DNA from: a bacterium
Lineage (GTDB): Bacteria; AUK180
Length of the DNA: 64,000 nt
Direction of reading: 5' to 3'
NCBI GenBank assembly: GCA_023133295.1
Contig: JAGLWT010000090.1
Coordinates: 6,402-70,401, forward strand
The notes beneath the pieces were generated by a model. That model was not told the origin of the DNA, did not search any database, and saw only the letters and a program-made list of their open reading frames with translations. The number at the start of each line of letters is the position of its first letter. The first letter of the stretch is position 1. Positions 10,130 to 19,551 of the stretch are shown in pieces. The position numbers and the translations under genes were made by a program.

Positions 10130-10690
10130 GTATCTGTTCTTTGAATTAAATTCTTTTCCCGTGTCAGCGGACTCCGCTCCGCGACCTTCTCCCTTGGCAT
10201 CTCTGCGGCCTTTTCACTTTTCCTTGCGAAGCCCGCTTCGCTACTTGTTCCTTGTGCCTTGTTCCACTAGAGGAGTAGGGGACGGTGGTCCCATTTGTTG
10301 CAAAATTGCGAAGCGTGTTCAAAAGTTCAAGGTTATGCTTCGCAGAGCACAAGTGACAAGTGCACAAGGCACAAGTGGAGAGTTGAATAAAAGAAAGAAA
10401 TTGCCATCTGATTTCTTCACATCGTACTTCGCACCTCGTACTCAGTCTGCGCAGCAGGCTGTTGGGTCCACTGGTGCACTTACTCTTTTGTTCTGATGTA
10501 AACAATGTCAACCACCGTCCCCATATTTCTACATCGTACGTTAAACGCCATACATGCTGCGCCTGCTCAGCTTCCGCGTTCCTGCAACATACCTTGTTCC
10601 CGGGTCTCGGCGTGCTGGAAGGCTCCGTTCCGCTTCCCATACTTGATTTCATATTAAGTTAAACATATAATAATCCAAAAGGAGGATTCA

Positions 10691-11059
10691 ATGGAATGTC
10701 CGAATTGCGGAAATAAATTATTTGGTTTCTGGAAATTCTTTTTTATAGATGCTTCGAAAAAGATCAAGTGTAGGAACTGTCTCACGGTGTTAGAGCCGGA
10801 CGAAATGTCACAACGTATCCTTGATTTTTTCTCGACAAAATTCTGGTTTTTAGTTTTCATAATAGTGATATTTGTTAATGATCATATTCTCAAGTCAGAT
10901 ATTCCCTGGGACCTGATCGGGGTTTTAGCCATTTATTTCACTACAAATCTTATCCTATCGATTTACTTATGGAGGAACGGAGGGTACAATATCTCTCTTG
11001 TCATAACAGATAAAAGAAAGTTCAAGACCGCGAAAAACTTGCTAGATAAGATGGAATAG
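10691..11059 (+). CDS. hypothetical Zn-ribbon (CxxC...CxxC) membrane protein
   Basis: MECPNCG...KCRNC then two TM segments; GGAGG RBS. Confidence 0.75.
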   Translation: MECPNCGNKLFGFWKFFFIDASKKIKCRNCLTVLEPDEMSQRILDFFSTKFWFLVFIIVIFVNDHILKSDIPWDLIGVLAIYFTTNLILSIYLWRNGGYNISLVITDKRKFKTAKNLLDKME

Positions 11060-11220
11060 GGATTATGGGGACGGTGGTCCCGAAACTGATAGTTACGGGA
11101 TAAATTGCACAAGTAGAAAAATTATTTGAGTAAAGAGATATTCCCCTATTGGATGGTACGGTTGCACGATTTGTCAATTGACAAATCATGCAACTGAGAT
11201 TTGGAGTGATAATAAAGCGC

Positions 11221-11788
11221 TTGGTCTTTTGAATTGAACTTGGAACAGTATTTTGTTATTCTGAATTCATCCAGAGAACAGGTCAAGCCCTGTCCCTACA
11301 GGATAATTTGTCTCATAATTATTCATTTCGCTATCCACCTAATGTTCCATTGGAGTTCTTGATACTAAAAATAAACTCAAAATGCAACATAATATACCTC
11401 CGTCCCCAATTTTGTTGACAAAATATCGGGCGAAGGGGACAGGAAATACGAGAGGGAGGGGATTAAGAAATTCCAGAAGGGGATTTTTCCGGAATTCAGA
11501 ACAGCGATATTCAATCTTCAACTTTTTAATGATCTTTCCCATTTTCACCTTGCAACTCATACTTCCAACCTCGTACTCAGTCTGCGTGGCAGACTGTTGT
11601 TCCACTGGGACACTGGGCCCTGGGTCCACTGGTGCACTTACTATTTTGTTCTGATGTCAACAATGTCAACCACCGTCCCCATGTTGGATTTCCCAACGGG
11701 GCAAGGGATAGGGAGGGGAGGAGAGGAAAAAGAGAGAGAAAGTGGAGAGAAAAATACGGAGAGGGATACAGAGCAGAAATTGAGAGAT
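11221..11788 (+). repeat. long composite direct repeat, copy 1 (copy 2 at 14378-15039)
   Basis: 11221-11565 matches 14378-14733 and 11652-11788 matches 14904-15039, near-identical. Confidence 0.9.
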
Positions 11789-11830
11789 TATAGAAATGAG
11801 TGGTTGCAAAAGTTGCAAAATGTAAACCGA

Positions 11831-12544
11831 TTACTCGGGTTCTTGTGACATTTCCTCAAGGCAGGTTTCGCAGAACTCAATATCACGGTTTTCCGCTTCC
11901 GAACAAGTAAGTCTCAATCTCATACCGCACCGAAGGCATTTTGCCGGCCTGCATCCGGGGCATCTCTTTGGTGGATCCCATCCTTTTTCTTCAAATAATA
12001 ACTGTGATTCAACTGTCCAGATAAATTCCTTTTCGCAATCACTGCATGTAAGTGTGATCTCCTCCATGATGTCCTCAGATACAGGCTCTTTAAGATCAAG
12101 CTCGGCCAGAACCTCTTTTTGCCATGCTAAAAAATGGGAACTTTTTCTGGAGAAGATGACCTTCAACGGCTTTGAGAACATGCGGGTCTTCTGAAATATG
12201 AAATTGGGGTTCCACATAACATTAGGGATCTCTCCACATTTGGGATGGTAACAGTCTATTGAGCCACCCGGACACTCTTTCCTGAAGCATATCTCTCCTT
12301 TGAACTCCCCTTGCATGTCAAAAACGAACACCAGCCAGTGATTTGAAATATTTGTCAGCCGTCTCGCCGCTCTTGAGATGATATGAAAATCTGCAAAATC
12401 GCTTATGACAACGGCAAGTTCCAGGCCATAAGGATCTTCAGAATCCATAGCTATTTCTCTAACGATAGCGATTTCTTCAAGTCCCCCTGCATGACTTGTT
12501 TCCTCAACGAATTGTTCAGCCATTTTCTTGAGTTTCTGTTTCAT
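11831..12544 (-). CDS. protein with C-terminal probable zinc-ribbon (zf-trcl-like) domain
   Basis: LTCSDCEKEFIWTVESQLLFEEKGWDPPKRCPGCR; GGAAGG RBS before ATG 12544. Confidence 0.75.
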   Translation of the reverse strand: MKQKLKKMAEQFVEETSHAGGLEEIAIVREIAMDSEDPYGLELAVVISDFADFHIISRAARRLTNISNHWLVFVFDMQGEFKGEICFRKECPGGSIDCYHPKCGEIPNVMWNPNFIFQKTRMFSKPLKVIFSRKSSHFLAWQKEVLAELDLKEPVSEDIMEEITLTCSDCEKEFIWTVESQLLFEEKGWDPPKRCPGCRPAKCLRCGMRLRLTCSEAENRDIEFCETCLEEMSQEPE

Positions 12545-12619
12545 TGCACCTTCCTCAAGTAAATAATATAGTATTTGAGTCAAAATTACAAACATGTTTA
12601 ATTCCATTAATAAGAGATA

Positions 12620-12700
12620 ATGCCACTTAAATGCACAAATAATGTAAAGAAATGCCACTAATATACGGGAATATTATTGAAATATGCCACTAATACGCAC
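12620..12700. promoter_or_regulatory. three ATGCCACT direct repeats at exact 32-bp spacing
   Basis: copies at 12620, 12652, 12684 upstream of the - strand zinc-ribbon gene. Confidence 0.5.
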
Positions 12701-12862
12701 GAAAGTGTTGATTTATCTTCATGGGGTTAATTGAAAGGATAGATACTATCTGACTTTACAAAGTATCTGACTTTACAAAGAAAGATGAGAAGGGGAGAAA
12801 TAATATTAATACTTGTCAGTGAAAATAATACTTGACAATACAAATATTTTCTGTAGGAATTT

Positions 12863-13099
12863 GGGGACGATCGTTGCATTTGTCGCAAGTTGAGATAGTA
12901 ATTCCGATAAATGGATATTTATAGGGCAGAAAGGGGAGAGCAGATCGTATCAATCCGCTAAGAAAACCGGATTTGATTTCAGTTCATTGTGTGGTATAAT
13001 AAATCAAATGAAAAAGGGAGATATTGGGAAATGAAAGATGAAAATGCAGCAAATGCCATTTATCTCGCACCTTCCAAATGGTACTGGACGACCGCCCCC
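12863..13099 (+). mobile_element. GGGGACG..-ended non-autonomous element carrying an extended -10 promoter (second copy 28069-28276)
   Basis: ends ggggacgatcgttgca / gacgaccgcccc; ~130 bp interior nearly identical to 28127-28262 incl. TTGATT..TGGTATAAT. Confidence 0.7.
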
Positions 13100-13134
13100 G
13101 CGAGTACTTACAATTTTAATGGAGGAACTTTAAA

Positions 13135-14241
13135 ATGAATCCATTTATTCCTGAAAGCTTACCTATTGTGGGGATTGATTGGGAGAGTCTTGTAAGAAAG
13201 ATTGGATCTGCCAATGCTGAGATTGCGAGATATGACGGTCTCTTACAAAGCTTACCCAATCCAAATGTTCTGCTATCACCGTTGACTACTAATGAAGCAG
13301 TATTATCTTCAAAGATCGAGGGCACTCAAGCCTCCCTGGAGGAGGTATTTGAAGCTGATGCAGGAATAGGAAAACAGTCTTCGTCTAATGTACAAGATGA
13401 TATCAAAGAAATAATCAATTACAGAAGTGTTCTTTTATCCGCCGAGAAGGAATTGAAATCAAAACCAATAAGTCTTCATCTGATAAAAGGTCTTCATGAA
13501 GTATTATTAGATAGTGTAAGGGGAAAAGATAAAACTCCCGGTAAATTTCGAACCGATCAGAACTGGATCGGAAAACTCGGAACATCAATGGCAGGAGCAA
13601 GATATATTCCACCTAACCCAATGATTCTACAGGAACACTTAGAGAATTGGGTGAAATTTATTCAAATGAAAAATTACCCGGATGCTATTGTCCAATTGGC
13701 AATAATACATGCCCAATTTGAAATCATTCATCCATTTAAGGATGGTAATGGCAGGATCGGCAGATTACTGATTCCCTTGTTTTTGTACCACAAAAAATGT
13801 TTGATCAGACCCATGTTCTATCTCAGTGAATATCTTGAGAGCCACAGAGAGGAGTATTACGACAGATTGCTCGCAATTACAGAAGAAGGTGATTGGTTTG
13901 GATGGATAGAATATTTTTTAAATGCGATAATCGTTCAAGCCAAAAAAAATATTGGCAAAGCAAAAAAGATACAAAACTTGTACGAGCATTTGAAGAGCAG
14001 TTTTATTAATTCCACACATTCGCAATACGCCATTCCTGCACTGGATGCGTTTTTCCATTCTCCGATTTTAAGCAGTACTGCGTTTGCTGCTTCGTCAGGA
14101 ATAAAAACAAGAGCAACATCAAATCATATTCTCGAAAAATTATCATCACAAAAACTACTATATTTAATTAGGGAAGCAAAAGGGAGTAAACCAGCAGTAT
14201 ACGCTCTATCAGAATTGATAATTATTGCTGATGAGAAGTAA
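13135..14241 (+). CDS. Fic family protein (DUF4172-like N-terminus)
   Basis: EAVLSSKIEGT; catalytic HPFKDGNGRIGR. Confidence 0.92.
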   Translation: MNPFIPESLPIVGIDWESLVRKIGSANAEIARYDGLLQSLPNPNVLLSPLTTNEAVLSSKIEGTQASLEEVFEADAGIGKQSSSNVQDDIKEIINYRSVLLSAEKELKSKPISLHLIKGLHEVLLDSVRGKDKTPGKFRTDQNWIGKLGTSMAGARYIPPNPMILQEHLENWVKFIQMKNYPDAIVQLAIIHAQFEIIHPFKDGNGRIGRLLIPLFLYHKKCLIRPMFYLSEYLESHREEYYDRLLAITEEGDWFGWIEYFLNAIIVQAKKNIGKAKKIQNLYEHLKSSFINSTHSQYAIPALDAFFHSPILSSTAFAASSGIKTRATSNHILEKLSSQKLLYLIREAKGSKPAVYALSELIIIADEK

Positions 14242-14377
14242 GAATTTGTGGAAAGTAGAATTCACGCAACTCGGGTTGCGTAAAGTGGATCGAGTATGGC
14301 TTTACACAAAAAGCTTTGCGGCAAGAAGAGTTTACACAAATACATGAGTAACGGGTAACGGGATAATATAAGGTACC

Positions 14378-15039
14378 TGGTCTTTATTTTTTATTTGAAT
14401 TGAACTTGGAACAGTATTTTGTTACTCTGAATTCATCCAGAGGACAGGTCAAGCCCTATCTCTACAGGATAATTTGTCTCATAATTATTCATTTCTCTAT
14501 CCACTTAATGTTACGAACATACCCATTGGAGTTCTTGATACTAAAAATAAACTCAAAATGCAACATAATATACCTCCGTCCCCAATTTGGTTGACAAAAT
14601 ATCAGGCGAAGGGGACGGGAAATACGAGAGGGAGGGGATTAAGAAATTCCAGAAGGGGATTTTTCCGGAATTCAAAACAGCGATATTTAACTTTTTAACC
14701 GCTTTCCCATTTTCACACTGAAACTCATACTTCTGTTTCGCTCGTGCCAACAAGAAGCAAATGCATTGTTCACCATTCACTATTTCTCGTCATTCCCAGG
14801 CGCATGACCTTGGGAACCCCGATTACATCGGGGAGCAGGGAATCTATCTTTCTCCACATTTACTTTTCATTATCCATTGGTTGAAGCCTCCTCACCTAAT
14901 TAATGATGTCAACAATGTCAACCACCGTCCCCATGTTGGATTTTCCAACGGGGCAAGGGATAGGGAGGGGAGGAGAGGAAAAAGAGAGAGAAAGTGGAGA
15001 GAAAAATACGGATAGGGATACAGAGCAGAAATTGAGAGA
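14378..15039 (+). repeat. long composite direct repeat, copy 2
   Basis: matches 11221-11788 with a different central module. Confidence 0.9.
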
Positions 15040-15204
15040 TCGGAGCGAAAATCGGGAAATCGGGGACGGTCCAGACACAAGACACTAGATAGAAATGAAG
15101 AATGTTTGCGGTTGAACCGTTGAACGGTTGATCTAGCATCTTGAAAATGTTGATCACTCAGGTTATAATATATCTAAGTCTATCTATATAGAAGGAGGGA
15201 TGAT

Positions 15205-15906
15205 ATGCTAATAATAAAAGGACTCATTGGCGGATTGTTTCAGGTCGTTATGTTCGGTGCTTTACTTCTCATCCCGGCGGGATTAGTGCCTGGCGGAACC
15301 TGGGTATGGAAAAAGGCGATCTACTTTCTTATCGGTTACGGGATCCTGATAGAAGCCCTCATTGTCTGGCTCTGCATCGTTGCACCGGGCGGAATGGAAG
15401 CAAGGTTTAAAAAAGCGCCTAAGGACGAGAGGAGGCCCAGGGAAGACAAGCTTTTAAAACTGCTGGTCATATTATTTATATTTGCTTACTTCATGATCAT
15501 ACCTCTGGATGTCTTTCAATTTCAGATATTCCCTATGCCCGGATCTATCTGGAGTATTATCGGGATCGCATTAGCGGTATTCGGAATACTTTTCAATGGC
15601 GGAGCGCTCTATAGCAATGCCTTTATCACCTCATCGATACAGGATCAGACGGATGAAGGGCAGAAGGTCGCGGATACGGGAGTATACGTTATTGTACGGC
15701 ACCCTTACTATGCATCGCTGTTTTCGCTTTTGATAGGGATATCCTTATGGCTGGAGAGCTGGATGGGGGTGATCGCACTGCTCCCTCTTCTCATCGTACT
15801 GATAATCAGGATCGGGGTAGAGGAAAGAACTCTGAAAAAGACCCTCCCCGGCTATGCTGAGTATACGAAAAAAGTAAAATACAGGTTGATGCCGTTTATC
15901 TGGTAG
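15205..15906 (+). CDS. isoprenylcysteine carboxylmethyltransferase-family membrane protein
   Basis: DTGVYVIVRHPYY, RIGVEERTL, GYAEYTKKVKYRLMPFIW. Confidence 0.88.
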   Translation: MLIIKGLIGGLFQVVMFGALLLIPAGLVPGGTWVWKKAIYFLIGYGILIEALIVWLCIVAPGGMEARFKKAPKDERRPREDKLLKLLVILFIFAYFMIIPLDVFQFQIFPMPGSIWSIIGIALAVFGILFNGGALYSNAFITSSIQDQTDEGQKVADTGVYVIVRHPYYASLFSLLIGISLWLESWMGVIALLPLLIVLIIRIGVEERTLKKTLPGYAEYTKKVKYRLMPFIW

Positions 15907-16202
15907 CGAAGTGATGCTTCGCAGTGTGAAGTGTGAAGTCTGAAGTGCCAAGTGGGATTATCCAATTGACAATGGACAATTGACAGTTGACAATTACTCT
16001 TAATACCATCTCCAATTATTCATTGTATCTGTCATCCTGAGCTTTTCGGCGAAGGATCCATCTGGTATTTACTCCTTGCATTTTCCCCACTTGTGCTCTT
16101 GTCACTTGTGCACTTGTGCTCTGCGAAGCGTGTCCCTTGTCCCTTCTTTTTGGCTTCTCGCTTCGCTTATGGTATAATTTCACAAATGAGGGCTGTTTAG
16201 AA

Positions 16203-17561
16203 ATGGAGAAAAAAGTAAAAAGTAAAAACCGAGTACCTTTTATTTTGATTAATAAAAAACATGATAAGAAGATAAATCGGGTGATATGGTGGATAGTTGG
16301 AGTGGTGGCTTCGTTGCTTGCAGTAATTGTCGTTGTAGGAGAGATCTCTGACCGGATAGGGATATCTTCACTTCGATCACATATTGAAGAGTCAAACAAA
16401 ATGCTTGAGGCTTTTGAAGCAAGCATGGACGGCAACAGTCAGGGACAATATGAAAATGAGTTGAATGAGAATGCCTGGGATTATTATTCTGATGGCTCAC
16501 TCGAACATTTCAGCTCCAGCAGAAGTATCATCATCTATGAATATGAGAATCCAGAACTTTCTGATGATGTGATCGCAGAGTTGGGAAAATATACAGGACT
16601 TGAGAAAATTATTCTCAATGGTGCGAGATGTAGATATTGTGAAATACCTTGGGATTACAGAGACCCTGATTCAAAGCTTCCGAATTTATCCCAGTTAAAG
16701 AGTGTTGCAAAATATTTAAATGTTCTTGCCAAGTATTACTTGGAAAATGGAGAAAACCCTAAGGCATTGGAAGTTTTACATGCCGGATTCATTATGTCAT
16801 CGGATCTCTCAAAAGGCATTCCCGCTCTCGTAGCAGAAATGATTAAAACCGCATGTGATACTATCCTGCTTAATGCTGTTGAATATGGTTTAAGCAAAGA
16901 CTATTTTAATAGTCAGGAACTTGCGGAAATTTCTGCTATGCTGATCATTGAACCAGAAAAAGACATTGCGGATATGGTTTACTGGGATATTCTTCAAATG
17001 CTATATCTTTTTGCAGGTAATACCAATATTGGATCTGACGCTGATCCCGTTGACACTTCAAATACTTCTCCAGGCTATTTCACAAAGCGTGTCATACATT
17101 TGAAATCGTGGTTTTCACTCTATTTAGGTATGGCGAAAACATATGATCTTATGGCTGAACTGAATGAGAAGGTGAAGGGGCGTAAGTGGAACGAAATCTA
17201 TAAAGAGACTGATGAATACCAAAGCAAAATCGAGAAAACATCTCTTTGGGGATATCTTATGCCTGTTTTTGATTTTGTATATTTTAAATACCTTGCCACT
17301 GAGCAGAGGATGAAGCTTGTAAAAGTCGCTGCGTTATTGGCGAAGTATGAAAAAGACAATGATGAATATCCAGATAGTCTTGAAGAATTGGGATTGGATG
17401 AGAATCTGCTTAAAGATAAACTATCAGGTTCGAAATTGATATATAAGATCAAGGAGGATAACTCTGTTATGATTGGGGTTGATATACACAAGATAAATAT
17501 CCCACAGAGAAATCCATATAAAAAATATGTTGATTACTTTGAGCCAATAGTCTTAGATTAA
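16203..17561 (+). CDS. hypothetical membrane-anchored protein
   Basis: one N-terminal TM, helical body, C-terminal YPDSLEEL motif; ATG 16203 follows TGGTATAAT and GAGGG. Confidence 0.75.
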   Translation: MEKKVKSKNRVPFILINKKHDKKINRVIWWIVGVVASLLAVIVVVGEISDRIGISSLRSHIEESNKMLEAFEASMDGNSQGQYENELNENAWDYYSDGSLEHFSSSRSIIIYEYENPELSDDVIAELGKYTGLEKIILNGARCRYCEIPWDYRDPDSKLPNLSQLKSVAKYLNVLAKYYLENGENPKALEVLHAGFIMSSDLSKGIPALVAEMIKTACDTILLNAVEYGLSKDYFNSQELAEISAMLIIEPEKDIADMVYWDILQMLYLFAGNTNIGSDADPVDTSNTSPGYFTKRVIHLKSWFSLYLGMAKTYDLMAELNEKVKGRKWNEIYKETDEYQSKIEKTSLWGYLMPVFDFVYFKYLATEQRMKLVKVAALLAKYEKDNDEYPDSLEELGLDENLLKDKLSGSKLIYKIKEDNSVMIGVDIHKINIPQRNPYKKYVDYFEPIVLD

Positions 17562-17596
17562 ATATGGTACTTGGTCTTTATTATTTATTTGAATTA

Positions 17597-17665
17597 GCGA
17601 ACTCTGATTTAGCAACAAAATCAATTATATAAATTTGCATTGGTATAACAAAAGTATTACAATTA
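17597..17665 (+). promoter_or_regulatory. repeated sigma70 promoter module, copy 1
   Basis: TTGCAT(17635)-17 bp-TACAAT(17658); identical core at 19416 and 28816. Confidence 0.8.
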
Positions 17666-17705
17666 TACATAGATTTGAAAGTTAGGAGCACAGAACTACT
17701 GAATT

Positions 17706-19205
17706 ATGTTACCATTCAGCATCGAAGAGCTTATTGAAGGAAAAATAATAGAATCCGAAAGGATTGAATTTAAAAAAGGTTGGAATCCAGAACCCATTAT
17801 TCACACAATTACCGCTTTTGCAAATGACCTTCATAACTGGGGCGGCGGATATATTATTATCGGGATTGAAGAAATCGAAGGAAAAATAGTCGATATTCCC
17901 GGATTATCAGATCAAAGAATTGAGAAGATCCAGAAAGAGTTGAATGGTGTATGCAGAAAGATCATTCCGAATTACTTCCCGAAGGTATTTCCCGAAACCT
18001 ATAAAGGTCAAGGGATTTTGGTCATATATGTTCCCGCCGGAGAAGCCCGGCCCTATAAGTGTGCGGAAACTCTCGGCAAGAAGGGAGTTCAATATCATTA
18101 CTACACACGATTTGGAAATAATACGATCAAAGCAAATCACGAGCAGGAAAAAGAGTTGTTTTCTCTATCAGAGGATATTCCTTTTGATGACAGGATTAAT
18201 ATTCATGCTGAAATTGAGGATATCGACCATAAACTTGTTATAGAATTTCTCTCACGGATTAATAGCAATTTAATTTCAGAAGGCCCTGAAACATATAATC
18301 CTCTTGAATTATGCAAGAGTTTGAATATTGTCCGCGAACAGAATGGACAATGTATGCCTCTCAACATTGCATTGATGATGTTTTCCCCCGATCCTGAGAA
18401 GTTTTTTCCTTATTCTAGAATCGAAGTAAATCATTTCAAAGATGCGGAGGGTACACAATTTACAGAGAAGAACTTTAAGGGTCCGATAAATAAGCAGCTG
18501 TCCAATGCTCTTGATTACATTAATACAAACTTTATTAATGAAAATGTCAAAAAAGTGGATGAGCAGGCAGAATCCCTGAGATTTCATAACTACCCATTCA
18601 AAGCGATAGAGGAAACCCTTGCTAATGCGATATATCATCGGGACTACTCAGTTCGGGAAACAGTAGAAGTGAATATCAGGCCGGACAGGATCGAAGTATT
18701 GTCGCGACCAGGTCCATTGCCTCCATTGATACAAAAAGATTTTGAGAAGGAGAAGGTTATTCCGAGAAGCTATCGAAATCGAAGGATTGGGGATTTTTTA
18801 AAGGAACTACATCTTACCGAAGGAAAGTGTACCGGTATTCCCACTATTTGGAAGGAAATGGAGAGAAATGGATCACCAAAACCAGTTTTTAAAACAGATG
18901 AGTACAGAGCTGCATTTTTTGTTACCCTTCCGATTCATCCTTTGGTAATTAAAGAGGGAATTCCGGACTCCCCCCAAGTTACCCCCCAAGTTACCCCCCA
19001 AGATGAAAATGGAATTCATTTGACAAAGCTTGAGACAAAAATACTGGATTTAATCAAGAGTAATAACAGAATATCAAGAAAACAAATAGCTGTTGAATTG
19101 GGGATATCTCCAGACACGGTTAAAGAATATATCCGCCGATTGAGGGACAAAAAGGTAATTGATAGAGAAGGAAAAACAAGATCCGGCAAGTGGATTATTC
19201 TATGA
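17706..19205 (+). CDS. AlbA_2 (Schlafen-like) + HATPase_c_4 + wHTH protein
   Basis: ESERIEFK, TITAFAND, GGGYIIIG, LANAIYHRDY, YRNRRIG, TPQV repeats, C-terminal HTH. Confidence 0.88.
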   Translation: MLPFSIEELIEGKIIESERIEFKKGWNPEPIIHTITAFANDLHNWGGGYIIIGIEEIEGKIVDIPGLSDQRIEKIQKELNGVCRKIIPNYFPKVFPETYKGQGILVIYVPAGEARPYKCAETLGKKGVQYHYYTRFGNNTIKANHEQEKELFSLSEDIPFDDRINIHAEIEDIDHKLVIEFLSRINSNLISEGPETYNPLELCKSLNIVREQNGQCMPLNIALMMFSPDPEKFFPYSRIEVNHFKDAEGTQFTEKNFKGPINKQLSNALDYINTNFINENVKKVDEQAESLRFHNYPFKAIEETLANAIYHRDYSVRETVEVNIRPDRIEVLSRPGPLPPLIQKDFEKEKVIPRSYRNRRIGDFLKELHLTEGKCTGIPTIWKEMERNGSPKPVFKTDEYRAAFFVTLPIHPLVIKEGIPDSPQVTPQVTPQDENGIHLTKLETKILDLIKSNNRISRKQIAVELGISPDTVKEYIRRLRDKKVIDREGKTRSGKWIIL

Positions 19206-19377
19206 GTATAGCAAATATCAATTTTGTCCCAAGCTTGTCCCAAGTTTGTCCCAAGTTAACATGTGGTGTGTTGGAATCCCCCCAAGTTGACGAAGTAGGA
19301 TTAGGTCAGAAAAACCTTATATTTTCTTTTCCACTTGACACTTCGGACTTCACACTTCACACTGCGAAGCATACCTT

Positions 19378-19490
19378 GCGAACTCTGATTCTGCAACAAA
19401 ATCAATTATAGAAATTTGCATTGGTATAACAAAAGTATTACAATAAATTAAAGGTTTCGATTACTATTTATAGGAGCTTTGTTTTGGGGA
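19378..19490 (+). promoter_or_regulatory. repeated promoter/RBS module, copy 2
   Basis: TTGCAT(19416)-17-TACAAT(19439) plus TAGGAGCTTTGTTTTGGGGA shared with 28780-28890. Confidence 0.8.
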
Positions 19491-19551
19491 TCATTGTGAC
19501 AAGGAGAAAAGATGTCTATCAAAATGGCGTGGAAAACAGGTACTATCCGAA

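Noticed and set aside
10540-10645. GC-rich island in intergenic DNA, possible ncRNA or gene remnant
   Set aside because: No recognisable family, structure or second copy; cannot be supported.
9291-11848. ORF-track ORFs such as 9291-9695, 9317-9688, 10095-10496, 11382-11654, 11597-11848
   Set aside because: They are translations of the heptamer/REP mosaics (HFTLHTSH-type low complexity) with no RBS.
14400-15157. Cluster of short overlapping ORFs
   Set aside because: They lie entirely within the duplicated non-coding repeat block.
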